Positions 35,300 to 47,830 of a stretch of 64,000 nt of DNA are shown here, piece after piece. The notes under the pieces were generated by a model, which worked only from the letters and a program-made list of their open reading frames with translations, was not told the DNA's origin and did not search any database. The stretch is taken from positions 131,130,001-131,194,000 of the forward strand of contig OZ024743.1 in assembly GCA_964016885.1 (NCBI GenBank). The letters run 5' to 3'. Origin of the DNA: Eledone cirrhosa (taxonomy: Eukaryota). Position numbers and translations under genes: made by a program. Every line of letters begins with the position of its first letter. Positions within the stretch are counted from its first letter, which is position 1.

Positions 35300-38200
35300 G
35301 GTGCTTGGTGCTTGGTGTTTGGTGCTTGGTGTTTGGTGTTTGGTGCTTGGTGCTTGGTGTTTGGTGCTTGGTGCTTGGTGTTTGGTGCTTGGTGCTTAGT
35401 GTTTGGTGCTAGGTGCTTGGGGTTTGGTGTTTGGTGCTTGGTTTTTGGTGCTTGGTGCTTGGTGTTTGGTGTTTGGTGTTTGGTGCTTGGTGCTTGGTAT
35501 TTGGTGTTTACTGTTTGCTGTTTGGTGTTTGTTGTTTGGTGTTTGTTGTTTGGTGTTTGCTGTTTGGTGTTTGCTGCTTGGTGTTTGGTGCTTGGTGCTT
35601 GATGCTTGGTGTTTTGTGTTTGGTGCTTGGTGCTTGGTGTTTGGTGCTTGGTGCTTGGTTCTAGGTGTTTGTACTTAGTGCTTGGTGTTTGGTGCTTGGT
35701 GCTTGGTGCTTGGTGTTTGGTGTTTGGTGCTTGGTTCTTGGTGCTTGGAGTTTGGTGTTTGGTGATTGTTGCTTGGTGTTTGGTGCTTGGTGCTTTGTGC
35801 TTGGTGTTTGGTGTTTGCTGCTTGGTGTTTGGTGCTTGGTGCTTGGTGCTTGGTGTTTTGAGTTTGGTGCTTGGTGCTTGGTGTTTGGTGCTTGGTGCTT
35901 GGTGCTTGGTGTTTTCACTTGGTGCTTGGTGCTTGGTGTTTGGTTCTTGGTTCTTGGTGTTTGGTACTTGGTGCTTGGTGCTTGGTGCTTGGTGTTTGGT
36001 GCTTGGTGTTTGGTGCTTGTTGCTTGGTGTTTGGTGCTTGGTGTTTGGTGTTTGGTGCTTGGTGCTTGGTGTTTGGTGTTTGGTGTTTGCTGTTTGCTGT
36101 TTGGTGTTTGGTGTTTGCTGTTTGCTGTTTGGTGTCTGCTTTTTGGTGTTTGGTGTTTGCTGTATGGTGTTTGCTGTTTTGGTGTTTGGTGTTTGCTGTA
36201 TGGTGTTTGGTCTTTGGTGCTTGGTGTTTGGTGCTTGGTGCTTGGTGTTTGGTGTTTGGTGCTTGGTGTTTGGTGTTTGGTGTTTGGTGCTTGGTGCTTG
36301 GTGCTTGGTGTTTGGTGTTTGGTGTTTGGTGCTTGGTGTCTGGTGCTTGGTGCTTGGTGTTTGGTGCTTGGTGTTTGGTGTTTGGTGTTTGGTGCTTGGT
36401 GCTTGGTGTTTGGTGTTTGGTGCTTGGTGTTTGGTGTTTGGTGCTTGTTGCTTGGTGCTTGGTGCTTGGTGTTTGGTGCTTGGTGCTTGGTGTTTGGTGC
36501 TGGGTGCTGGGTGCTTGGTATTTGGTGCTTGGTGCTTGGTGCTTGGTGTTTGGTGCTTGGTGCTTGGTGCTTGGTCTTTGGTGCTTGGTGTTTGCTGTTT
36601 GGTGCTTGGTGCTTGGTGCTTCGTGTTTGGTGCTTGGTGATTAGTGTTTGGTGCTTGGTGTTTGGTGCTTGGTGTTTGGTGCTTGGTGCCTGGTGCTTGG
36701 TGCTTGGTGCTTGGTGTTTGGTGCTTGGTGCCTGGTGCTTTGTGCTTGGTGCTTGGTGTTTGGTGTTTGCTGTTTGGTGTTTGGTGTTTGGTGTTTGGTG
36801 TTTGCTGTTTGGTGTCTGCTTTTTGGTGTTTGGTGTTTGCTGTATGGTGTCTGCTGTTTCGTGTTTGGTGTTTGCTGTTTGGTGTTTGGTGCTTGGTGCT
36901 TGGTGTTTGGTGCTTGGTGCTTGGTGCTCGGTGGTTGGTGTTTGGTGCTTGGTGTTTGGTGCTGGGTGCTTGGTGTTTGGTGCTTGGTGCTTGGTGTTTG
37001 GTGCTTGGTGTTTGGTGTTTGGTGCTTGGTGCTTGGTGTTTGGTTCTTGGTGCTTGGTGTTTGGTGCTTGGTGCTTAGTGTTTGGTGCTAGGTGCTTGGG
37101 GTTTGGTGTTTGGTGCTTGGTGTTTGGTGCTTGGTGCTTGGTGTTTGGTGTTTGGTGTTCGGTGCTTGGTGCTTGGTATTTGGTGTTTGATGTTTGCTGT
37201 TTGGTGTTTGTTGTTTGGTGTTTGTTGTTTGGTGTTTGCTGTTTGGTGTTTGTTGTTTGGTGTTTGCTGTTTGGTGTCTGCTTTTTGGTGTTTGGTGTTT
37301 GCTGTATGTTGTTTGCTGTTTGGTGTTTGGTGTTTGGTATTTGGTGTTTGGTGCTTGGTGCTTGGTGTTTGGTGCTTGGATCTTGGTGTTTGGTGCCTGG
37401 TGTTTGGTGTTTATTGCTTGTTGCTTGGTGCTTGGTGCTTGGTGTTTGGTGTTTGGTGCTTGGGGTTTGGTGCTGGGTGCTTGGTGTTTGGTGCATGGTG
37501 CTTGGTGCTTGGTGTTTGGTGTTATATGCTTGGTGTTTGATGCTTGGTGCTTGGTGCTTGGTGTTTGGTGTTTGGTGCTTGGTGTTTGATGCTTGGTGTT
37601 TGATGCTTGGTGCTTGGTGCTTGGTGTTTGGTGTTTGTACTTGGTGCTTGGTGCTTGGTTCTTGGTGTTTGGTGCTTGGTGCTTGGTGCTTTGTGTTTGG
37701 TGCTTGGTGCCTGCTGCTTGGTGCTTGGTGTTTGGTGTTTGGTGTTTGGTGCTTGGTGTTAGGTGTTTGGTGCTTGGTGCTTGGTGTTTGGTGTTTGGTG
37801 CTTGGTGTTTGGTGCTTGGTGCTTGGTGTTTGGTGTTTGGTGCTTGGTGTTTGGTGCTTGGTACTTGGTGCTTGGTGCTTGGTGTTAGGTGTATGGTGCT
37901 TGGTGCTTGGTGTTTGGTTTTTGGTGCTTGGTGCTTGGTGTTTGGTGTTTGGTGCTTGCTGCTGGCTGCTTGGTGCTTGGTGATTGGTGCTTGGTGTTTG
38001 GTGCTTGGTGTTTGGTGTTTGGTGCTAGGTGCTTGGTGCTTGGTGTTTGGTGCTTGGTGCTTGGTGTTTGGTGTTTGGTGTTTGGTGCTTGGTGCTTGGT
38101 GTTTGGTGCTTGGTGCTTGGTGCTGGGTGGTTGGTGTTTGGTGCTTGGTGTTTGGTGCTGGGTGCTTGGTGTTTGGTGCTTGGTGTTTGGTGTTTGGTGC

Positions 38201-41200
38201 TTGGTGCTTGGTGTTTGGTGCTTGGTGCTTGGTGTTTGGTGCTTGGTGCTTAGTGTTTGGTGCTAGGTGCTTGGGGTTTGGTGTTTGGTGCTTGGTTTTT
38301 GGTGCTTGGTGCTTGGTGTTTGGTGTTTGGTGTTTGGTGCTTGGTGCTTGGTATTTGGTGTTTACTGTTTGCTGTTTGGTGTTTGTTGTTTGGTGTTTGT
38401 TGTTTGGTGTTTGCTGTTTGGTGTTTGCTGCTTGGTGTTTGGTGCTTGGTGCTTGATGCTTGGTGTTTTGTGTTTGGTGCTTGGTGCTTGGTGTTTGGTG
38501 TTTGGTGCTTGGTTCTAGGTGTTTGTACTTAGTGCTTGGTGTTTGGTGCTTGGTGCTTGGTGCTTGGTGTTTGGTCTTTGGTGCTTGGTTCTTGGTGCTT
38601 GGAGTTTGGTGTTTGGTGATTGTTGCTTGGTGTTTGGTGCTTGGTGCTTTGTGCTTGGTGTTTGGTGTTTGCTGCTTGGTGTTTGGTGCTTGGTGCTTGG
38701 TGCTTGGTGTTTTGAGTTTGGTGCTTGGTGCTTGGTGTTTGGTGCTTGGTGCTTGGTGCTTGGTGTTTGTACTTGGTGCTTGGTGCTTGGTGTTTGGTTC
38801 TTGGTTCTTGGTGTTTGGTACTTGGTGCTTGGTGCTTGGTGCTTGGTGTTTGGTGCTTGGTGTTTGGTGCTTGTTGCTTGGTGTTTGGTGCTTGGTGTTT
38901 GGTGTTTGGTGCTTGGTGCTTGGTGTTTGGTGTTTGGTGTTTGCTGTTTGCTGTTTGGTGTTTGGTGTTTGCTGTTTGCTGTTTGGTGTCTGCTTTTTGG
39001 TGTTTGGTGTTTGCTGTATGGTGTTTGCTGTTTTGGTGTTTGGTGTTTGCTGTATGGTGTTTGGTCTTTGGTGCTTGGTGTTTGGTGCTTGGTGCTTGGT
39101 GTTTGGTGTTTGGTGCTTGGTGTTTGGTGTTTGGTGTTTGGTGCTTGGTGCTTGGTGCTTGGTGTTTGGTGTTTGGTGTTTGGTGCTTGGTGTCTGGTGC
39201 TTGGTGCTTGGCGTTTGGTGCTTGGTGTTTGGTGTTTGGTGTTTGGTGCTTGGTGCTTGGTGTTTGGTGTTTGGTGCTTGGTGTTTGGTGTTTGGTGCTT
39301 GTTGCTTGGTGCTTGGTGCTTGGTGTTTGGTGCTTGGTGCTTGGTGTTTGGTGCTGGGTGCTGGGTGCTTGGTGTTTGGTGATTGGTGCTTGGTGCTTGG
39401 TGTTTGGTGCTTGGTGCTTGGTGCTTGGTCTTTGGTGCTTGGTGTTTGCTGTTTGGTGCTTGGTGCTTGGTGCTTCGTGTTTGGTGCTTGGTGATTAGTG
39501 TTTGGTGCTTGGTTCTTGGGGTTTGGTGTTTGGTGCTTGGTGCTTGGTGTTTGGTGCTTGGTACTTGGTGTTTGGTGCTTGGTGTTTGGTGTTTGCTGTT
39601 TGGTGTTTGGTGTTTGGTGTTTGGTGTTTTCTGTTTGGTGTCTGCTTTTTGGAGTTTGGTGTTTGCTGTATGGTGTTTGCTGTTTCGTGTTTAGTGTTTG
39701 CTGTTTGGTGTTTGGTGTTTGGTATTTGGTGTTTGGTGCTTGGTGCTTGGTGTTTGGTGCTTGGATCTTGGTGTTTGGTGCCTGGTGTTTGGTGTTTATT
39801 GCTTGTTGCTTGGTGCTTGGTGCTTGGTGTTTGGTGTTTGGTGCTTGGGGTTTGGTGCTGGGTGCTTGGTGTTTGGTGCATGGTGCTTGGTGCTTGGTGT
39901 TTGGTGTTATATGCTTGGTGTTTGATGCTTGGTGCTTGGTGCTTGGTGTTTGGTGTTTGGTGCTTGGTGTTTGTACTTGGTGCTTGGTGCTTGGTTCTTG
40001 GTGTTTGGTGCTTGGTGCTTGGTGCTTTGTGTTAGGTGCTTGGTGCCTGCTGCTTGGTGCTTGGTGTTTGGTGTTTGGTGTTTGGTGCTTGGTGTTAGGT
40101 GTTTGGTGCTTGGTGCTTGGTGTTTGGTGTTTGGTGCTTGGTGTTTGGTGCTTGGTGCTTGGTGTTTGGTGTTTGGTGCTTGGTGTTTGGTGCTTGGTAC
40201 TTGGTGCTTGGTGCTTGGTGTTAGGTGTATGGTGCTTGGTGCTTGGTGTTTGGTTTTTGGTGCTTGGTGCTTGGTGTTTGGTGTTTGGTGCTTGCTGCTG
40301 GCTGCTTGGTGCTTGGTGATTGGTGCTTGGTGTTTGGTGCTTGGTGTTTGGTGTTTGGTGCTAGGTGCTTGGTGCTTGGTGTTTGGTGCTTGGTGCTTGG
40401 TGTTTGGTGTTTGGTGTTTGGTGCTTGGTGCTTGGTGTTTGGTGCTTGGTGCTTGGTGCTGGGTGGTTGGTGTTTGGTGCTTGGTGTTTGGTGCTGGGTG
40501 CTTGGTGTTCGGTGCTTGGTGCTTGGTGTTTGGTGCTTGGTGTTTGGTGTTTGGTGCTTGGTGCTTGGTGTTTGGTGCTTGGTGCTTGGTGTTTGGTGCT
40601 TGGTGCTTAGTGTTTGGTGCTAGGTGCTTGGGGTTTGGTGTTTGGTGCTTGGTTTTTGGTGCTTGGTGCTTGGTGTTTGGTGTTTGGTGTTTGGTGCTTG
40701 GCGCTTGGTATTTGGTGTTTACTGTTTGCTGTTTGGTGTTTGTTGTTTGGTGTTTGTTGTTTGGTGTTTGCTGTTTGGTGTTTGCTGCTTGGTGTTTGGT
40801 GCTTGGTGCTTGATGCTTGGTGTTTTGTGTTTGGTGCTTGGTGCTTGGTGTTTGGTGCTTGGTGCTTGGTTCTAGGTGTTTGTACTTAGTGCTTGGTGTT
40901 TGGTGCTTGGTGCTTGGTGCTTGGTGTTTGGTGTTTGGTGCTTCGTTCTTGGTGCTTGGAGTTTGGTGTTTGGTGATTGTTGCTTGGTGTTTGGTGCTTG
41001 GTGCTTTGTGCTTGGTGTTTGGTGTTTGCTGCTTGGTGTTTGGTGCTTGGTGCTTGGTGCTTGGTGTTTTGAGTTTGGTGCTTGGTGCTTGGTGTTTGGT
41101 GCTTGGTGCTTGGTGCTTGGTGTTTGTACTTGGTGCTTGGTGCTTGGTGTTTGGTTCTTGGTTCTTGGTGTTTGGTACTTGGTGCTTGGTGCTTGGTGCT

Positions 41201-44200
41201 TGGTGTTTGGTGCTTGGTGTTTGGTGCTTGTTGCTTGGTGTTTGGTGCTTGGTGTTTGGTGTTTGGTGTTTGGTGTTTGCTGTTTGGTGTCTGCTTTTTG
41301 GTGTTTGGTGTTTGCTGTATGGTGTCTGCTGTTTCGTGTTTGGTGTTTGCTGTTTGGTGTTTGGTGCTTGGTGCTTGGTGTTTGGTGCGTGGTGCTTGGT
41401 GCTCGGTGGTTGGTGTTTGGTGCTTGGTGTTTGGTGCTGGGTGCTTGGTGTTTGGTGCTTGGTGCTTGGTGTTTGGTGCTTGGTGTTTGGTGTTTGGTGC
41501 TTGGTGCTTGGTGTTTGGTGCTTGGTGCTTGGTGTTTGGTGCTTGGTGCTTAGTGTTTGGTGCTAGGTGCTTGGGGTTTGGTGTTTGGTGCTTGGTTTTT
41601 GGTGCTTGGTGCTTGGTGTTTGGTGTTTGGTGTTTGGTGCTTGGTGCTTGGTATTTGGTGTTTACTGTTTGCTGTTTGGTGTTTGTTGTTTGGTGTTTGT
41701 TGTTTGGTGTTTGCTGTTTGGTGTTTGCTGCTTGGTGTTTGGTGCTTGGTGCTTGATGCTTGGTGTTTTGTGTTTGGTGCTTGGTGCTTGGTGTTTGGTG
41801 CTTGGTGCTTGGTTCTAGGTGTTTGTACTTAGTGCTTGGTGTTTGGTGCTTGGTGCTTGGTGCTTGGTGTTTGGTGTTTGGTGCTTGGTTCTTGGTGCTT
41901 GGAGTTTGGTGTTTGGTGATTGTTGCTTGGTGTTTGGTGCTTGGTGCTTTGTGCTTGGTGTTTGGTGTTTGCTGCTTGGTGTTTGGTGCTTGGTGCTTGG
42001 TGCTTGGTGTTTTGAGTTTGGTGCTTGGTGCTTGGTGTTTGGTGCTTGGTGCTTGGTGCTTGGTGTTTGTACTTGGTGCTTGGTGCTTGGTGTTTGGTTC
42101 TTGGTTCTTGGTGTTTGGTACTTGGTGCTTGGTGCTTGGTGCTTGGTGTTTGGTGCTTGGTGTTTGGTGCTTGTTGCTTGGTGTTTGGTGCTTGGTGTTT
42201 GGTGTTTGGTGCTTGGTGCTTGGTGTTTGGTGTTTGGTGTTTGCTGTTTGCTGTTTGGTGTTTGGTGTTTGCTGTTTGCTGTTTGGTGTCTGCTTTTTGG
42301 TGTTTGGTGTTTGCTGTATGGTGTTTGCTGTTTTGGTGTTTGGTGTTTGCTGTATGGTGTTTGGTCTTTGGTGCTTGGTGTTTGGTGCTTGGTGCTTGGT
42401 GTTTGGTGTTTGGTGCTTGGTGTTTGGTGTTTGGTGTTTGGTGCTTGGTGCTTGGTGCTTGGTGTTTGGTGTTTGGTGTTTGGTGCTTGGTGTCTGGTGC
42501 TTGGTGCTTGGTGTTTGGTGCTTGGTGTTTGGTGTTTGGTGTTTGGTGCTTGGTGCTTGGTGTTTGGTGTTTGGTGCTTGGTGTTTGGTGTTTGGTGCTT
42601 GTTGCTTGGTGCTTGGTGCTTGGTGTTTGGTGCTTGGTGCTTGGTGTTTGGTGCTGGGTGCTGGGTGCTTGGTGTTTGGTGCTTGGTGCTTGGTGCTTGG
42701 TGTTTGGTGCTTGGTGCTTGGTGCTTGGTCTTTGGTGCTTGGTGTTTGCTGTTTGGTGCTTGGTGCTTGGTGCTTCGTGTTTGGTGCTTGGTGATTAGTG
42801 TTTGGTGCTTGGTGTTTGGTGCTTGGTGTTTGGTGCTTGGTGCCTGGTGCTTGGTGCTTGGTGCTTGGTGTTTGGTGCTTGGTGCCTGGTGCTTGGTGCT
42901 TGGTGCTTGGTGTTTGGTGTTTGCTGTTTGGTGTTTGGTGTTTGGTGTTTGGTGTTTGCTGTTTGGTGTCTGCTTTTTGGTGTTTGGTGTTTGCTGTATG
43001 GTGTCTGCTGTTTCGTGTTTGGTGTTTGCTGTTTGGTGTTTGGTGCTTGGTGCTTGGTGTTTGGTGCTTGGTGCTTGGTGCTCGGTGGTTGGTGTTTGGT
43101 GCTTGGTGTTTGGTGCTGGGTGCTTGGTGTTTGGTGCTTGGTGCTTGGTGTTTGGTGCTTGGTGTTTGGTGTTTGGTGCTTGGTGCTTGGTGTTTGGTTC
43201 TTGGTGCTTGGTGTTTGGTGCTTGGTGCTTAGTGTTTGGTGCTAGGTGCTTGGGGTTTGGTGTTTGGTGCTTGGTGTTTGGTGCTTGGTGCTTGGTGTTT
43301 GGTGTTTGGTGTTCGGTGCTTGGTGCTTGGTATTTGGTGTTTGATGTTTGCTGTTTGGTGTTTGTTGTTTGGTGTTTGTTGTTTGGTGTTTGCTGTTTGG
43401 TGTTTGTTGTTTGGTGTTTGCTGTTTGGTGTCTGCTTTTTGGTGTTTGGTGTTTGCTGTATGTTGTTTGCTGTTTGGTGTTTGGTGTTTGGTATTTGGTG
43501 TTTGGTGCTTGGTGCTTGGTGTTTGGTGCTTGGATCTTGGTGTTTGGTGCCTGGTGTTTGGTGTTTATTGCTTGTTGCTTGGTGCTTGGTGCTTGGTGTT
43601 TGGTGTTTGGTGCTTGGGGTTTGGTGCTGGGTGCTTGGTGTTTGGTGCATGGTGCTTGGTGCTTGGTGTTTGGTGTTATATGCTTGGTGTTTGATGCTTG
43701 GTGCTTGGTGCTTGGTGTTTGGTGTTTGGTGCTTGGTGTTTGATGCTTGGTGTTTGATGCTTGGTGCTTGGTGCTTGGTGTTTGGTGTTTGTACTTGGTG
43801 CTTGGTGCTTGGTTCTTGGTGTTTGGTGCTTGGTGCTTGGTGCTTTGTGTTTGGTGCTTGGTGCCTGCTGCTTGGTGCTTGGTGTTTGGTGTTTGGTGTT
43901 TGGTGCTTGGTGTTAGGTGTTTGGTGCTTGGTGCTTGGTGTTTGGTGTTTGGTGCTTGGTGTTTGGTGCTTGGTGCTTGGTGTTTGGTGTTTGGTGCTTG
44001 GTGTTTGGTGCTTGGTACTTGGTGCTTGGTGCTTGGTGTTAGGTGTATGGTGCTTGGTGCTTGGTGTTTGGTTTTTGGTGCTTGGTGCTTGGTGTTTGGT
44101 GTTTGGTGCTTGCTGCTGGCTGCTTGGTGCTTGGTGATTGGTGCTTGGTGTTTGGTGCTTGGTGTTTGGTGTTTGGTGCTAGGTGCTTGGTGCTTGGTGT

Positions 44201-47200
44201 TTGGTGCTTGGTGCTTGGTGTTTGGTGTTTGGTGTTTGGTGCTTGGTGCTTGGTGTTTGGTGCTTGGTGCTTGGTGCTGGGTGGTTGGTGTTTGGTGCTT
44301 GGTGTTTGGTGCTGGGTGCTTGGTGTTTGGTGCTTGGTGCTTGGTGTTTGGTGCTTGGTGTTTGGTGTTTGGTGCTTGGTGCTTGGTGTTTGGTGCTTGG
44401 TGCTTGGTGTTTGGTGCTTGGTGCTTAGTGTTTGGTGCTAGGTGCTTGGGGTTTGGTGTTTGGTGCTTGGTTTTTGGTGCTTGGTGCTTGGTGTTTGGTG
44501 TTTGGTGTTTGGTGCTTGGTGCTTGGTATTTGGTGTTTACTGTTTGCTGTTTGGTGTTTGTTGTTTGGTGTTTGTTGTTTGGTGTTTGCTGTTTGGTGTT
44601 TGCTGCTTGGTGTTTGGTGCTTGGTGCTTGATGCTTGGTGTTTTGTGTTTGGTGCTTGGTGCTTGGTGTTTGGTGTTTGGTGCTTGGTTCTAGGTGTTTG
44701 TACTTAGTGCTTGGTGTTTGGTGCTTGGTGCTTGGTGCTTGGTGTTTGGTCTTTGGTGCTTGGTTCTTGGTGCTTGGAGTTTGGTGTTTGGTGATTGTTG
44801 CTTGGTGTTTGGTGCTTGGTGCTTTGTGCTTGGTGTTTGGTGTTTGCTGCTTGGTGTTTGGTGCTTGGTGCTTGGTGCTTGGTGTTTTGAGTTTGGTGCT
44901 TGGTGCTTGGTGTTTGGTGCTTGGTGCTTGGTGCTTGGTGTTTGTACTTGGTGCTTGGTGCTTGGTGTTTGGTTCTTGGTTCTTGGTGTTTGGTACTTGG
45001 TGCTTGGTGCTTGGTGCTTGGTGTTTGGTGCTTGGTGTTTGGTGCTTGTTGCTTGGTGTTTGGTGCTTGGTGTTTGGTGTTTGGTGCTTGGTGCTTGGTG
45101 TTTGGTGTTTGGTGTTTGCTGTTTGCTGTTTGGTGTTTGGTGTTTGCTGTTTGCTGTTTGGTGTCTGCTTTTTGGTGTTTGGTGTTTGCTGTATGGTGTT
45201 TGCTGTTTTGGTGTTTGGTGTTTGCTGTATGGTGTTTGGTCTTTGGTGCTTGGTGTTTGGTGCTTGGTGCTTGGTGTTTGGTGTTTGGTGCTTGGTGTTT
45301 GGTGTTTGGTGTTTGGTGCTTGGTGCTTGGTGCTTGGTGTTTGGTGTTTGGTGTTTGGTGCTTGGTGTCTGGTGCTTGGTGCTTGGCGTTTGGTGCTTGG
45401 TGTTTGGTGTTTGGTGTTTGGTGCTTGGTGCTTGGTGTTTGGTGTTTGGTGCTTGGTGTTTGGTGTTTGGTGCTTGTTGCTTGGTGCTTGGTGCTTGGTG
45501 TTTGGTGCTTGGTGCTTGGTGTTTGGTGCTGGGTGCTGGGTGCTTGGTGTTTGGTGATTGGTGCTTGGTGCTTGGTGTTTGGTGCTTGGTGCTTGGTGCT
45601 TGGTCTTTGGTGCTTGGTGTTTGCTGTTTGGTGCTTGGTGCTTGGTGCTTCGTGTTTGGTGCTTGGTGATTAGTGTTTGGTGCTTGGTTCTTGGGGTTTG
45701 GTGTTTGGTGCTTGGTGCTTGGTGTTTGGTGCTTGGTACTTGGTGTTTGGTGCTTGGTGTTTGGTGTTTGCTGTTTGGTGTTTGGTGTTTGGTGTTTGGT
45801 GTTTTCTGTTTGGTGTCTGCTTTTTGGAGTTTGGTGTTTGCTGTATGGTGTTTGCTGTTTCGTGTTTAGTGTTTGCTGTTTGGTGTTTGGTGTTTGGTAT
45901 TTGGTGTTTGGTGCTTGGTGCTTGGTGTTTGGTGCTTGGATCTTGGTGTTTGGTGCCTGGTGTTTGGTGTTTATTGCTTGTTGCTTGGTGCTTGGTGCTT
46001 GGTGTTTGGTGTTTGGTGCTTGGGGTTTGGTGCTGGGTGCTTGGTGTTTGGTGCATGGTGCTTGGTGCTTGGTGTTTGGTGTTATATGCTTGGTGTTTGA
46101 TGCTTGGTGCTTGGTGCTTGGTGTTTGGTGTTTGGTGCTTGGTGTTTGATGCTTGGTGTTTGATGCTTGGTGCTTGGTGCTTGGTGTTTGGTGCTTGGTG
46201 CTTGGTGTTTGTACTTGGTGCTTGGTGCTTGGTTCTTGGTGTTTGGTGCTTGGTGCTTGGTGCTTTGTGTTAGGTGCTTGGTGCCTGCTGCTTGGTGCTT
46301 GGTGTTTGGTGTTTGGTGTTTGGTGCTTGGTGTTAGGTGTTTGGTGCTTGGTGCTTGGTGTTTGGTGTTTGGTGCTTGGTGTTTGGTGCTTGGTGCTTGG
46401 TGTTTGGTGTTTGGTGCTTGGTGTTTGGTGCTTGGTACTTGGTGCTTGGTGCTTGGTGTTAGGTGTATGGTGCTTGGTGCTTGGTGTTTGGTTTTTGGTG
46501 CTTGGTGCTTGGTGTTTGGTGTTTGGTGCTTGCTGCTGGCTGCTTGGTGCTTGGTGATTGGTGCTTGGTGTTTGGTGCTTGGTGTTTGGTGTTTGGTGCT
46601 AGGTGCTTGGTGCTTGGTGTTTGGTGCTTGGTGCTTGGTGTTTGGTGTTTGGTGTTTGGTGCTTGGTGCTTGGTGTTTGGTGCTTGGTGCTTGGTGCTGG
46701 GTGGTTGGTGTTTGGTGCTTGGTGTTTGGTGCTGGGTGCTTGGTGTTCGGTGCTTGGTGCTTGGTGTTTGGTGCTTGGTGTTTGGTGTTTGGTGCTTGGT
46801 GCTTGGTGTTTGGTGCTTGGTGCTTGGTGTTTGGTGCTTGGTGCTTAGTGTTTGGTGCTAGGTGCTTGGGGTTTGGTGTTTGGTGCTTGGTTTTTGGTGC
46901 TTGGTGCTTGGTGTTTGGTGTTTGGTGTTTGGTGCTTGGTGCTTGGTATTTGGTGTTTACTGTTTGCTGTTTGGTGTTTGTTGTTTGGTGTTTGTTGTTT
47001 GGTGTTTGCTGTTTGGTGTTTGCTGCTTGGTGTTTGGTGCTTGGTGCTTGATGCTTGGTGTTTTGTGTTTGGTGCTTGGTGCTTGGTGTTTGGTGCTTGG
47101 TGCTTGGTTCTAGGTGTTTGTACTTAGTGCTTGGTGTTTGGTGCTTGGTGCTTGGTGCTTGGTGTTTGGTGTTTGGTGCTTGGTTCTTGGTGCTTGGAGT

Positions 47201-47830
47201 TTGGTGTTTGGTGATTGTTGCTTGGTGTTTGGTGCTTGGTGCTTTGTGCTTGGTGTTTGGTGTTTGCTGCTTGGTGTTTGGTGCTTGGTGCTTGGTGCTT
47301 GGTGTTTTGAGTTTGGTGCTTGGTGCTTGGTGTTTGGTGCTTGGTGCTTGGTGCTTGGTGTTTGTACTTGGTGCTTGGTGCTTGGTGTTTGGTTCTTGGT
47401 TCTTGGTGTTTGGTACTTGGTGCTTGGTGCTTGGTGCTTGGTGTTTGGTGCTTGGTGTTTGGTGCTTGTTGCTTGGTGTTTGGTGCTTGGTGTTTGGTGT
47501 TTGGTGTTTGGTGTTTGCTGTTTGGTGTCTGCTTTTTGGTGTTTGGTGTTTGCTGTATGGTGTCTGCTGTTTCGTGTTTGGTGTTTGCTGTTTGGTGTTT
47601 GGTGCTTGGTGCTTGGTGTTTGGTGCGTGGTGCTTGGTGCTCGGTGGTTGGTGTTTGGTGCTTGGTGTTTGGTGCTGGGTGCTTGGTGTTTGGTGCTTGG
47701 TGCTTGGTGTTTGGTGCTTGGTGTTTGGTGTTTGGTGCTTGGTGCTTGGTGTTTGGTGCTTGGTGCTTGGTGTTTGGTGCTTGGTGCTTAGTGTTTGGTG
47801 CTAGGTGCTTGGGGTTTGGTGTTTGGTGCT
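35300..47830 (+). repeat. Tandem duplication of ~6.2 kb (copy 1 ~35300-41453, copy 2 ~41454-47691)
   Basis: Matching ORF entries at offsets 6154 (35665/41819, 37082/43236), 6175 (38257/44432, 39495/45670) and 6238 (40225/46463, 40817/47055). The copies differ by 21- and 63-bp indels plus a few substitutions. Confidence 0.92.
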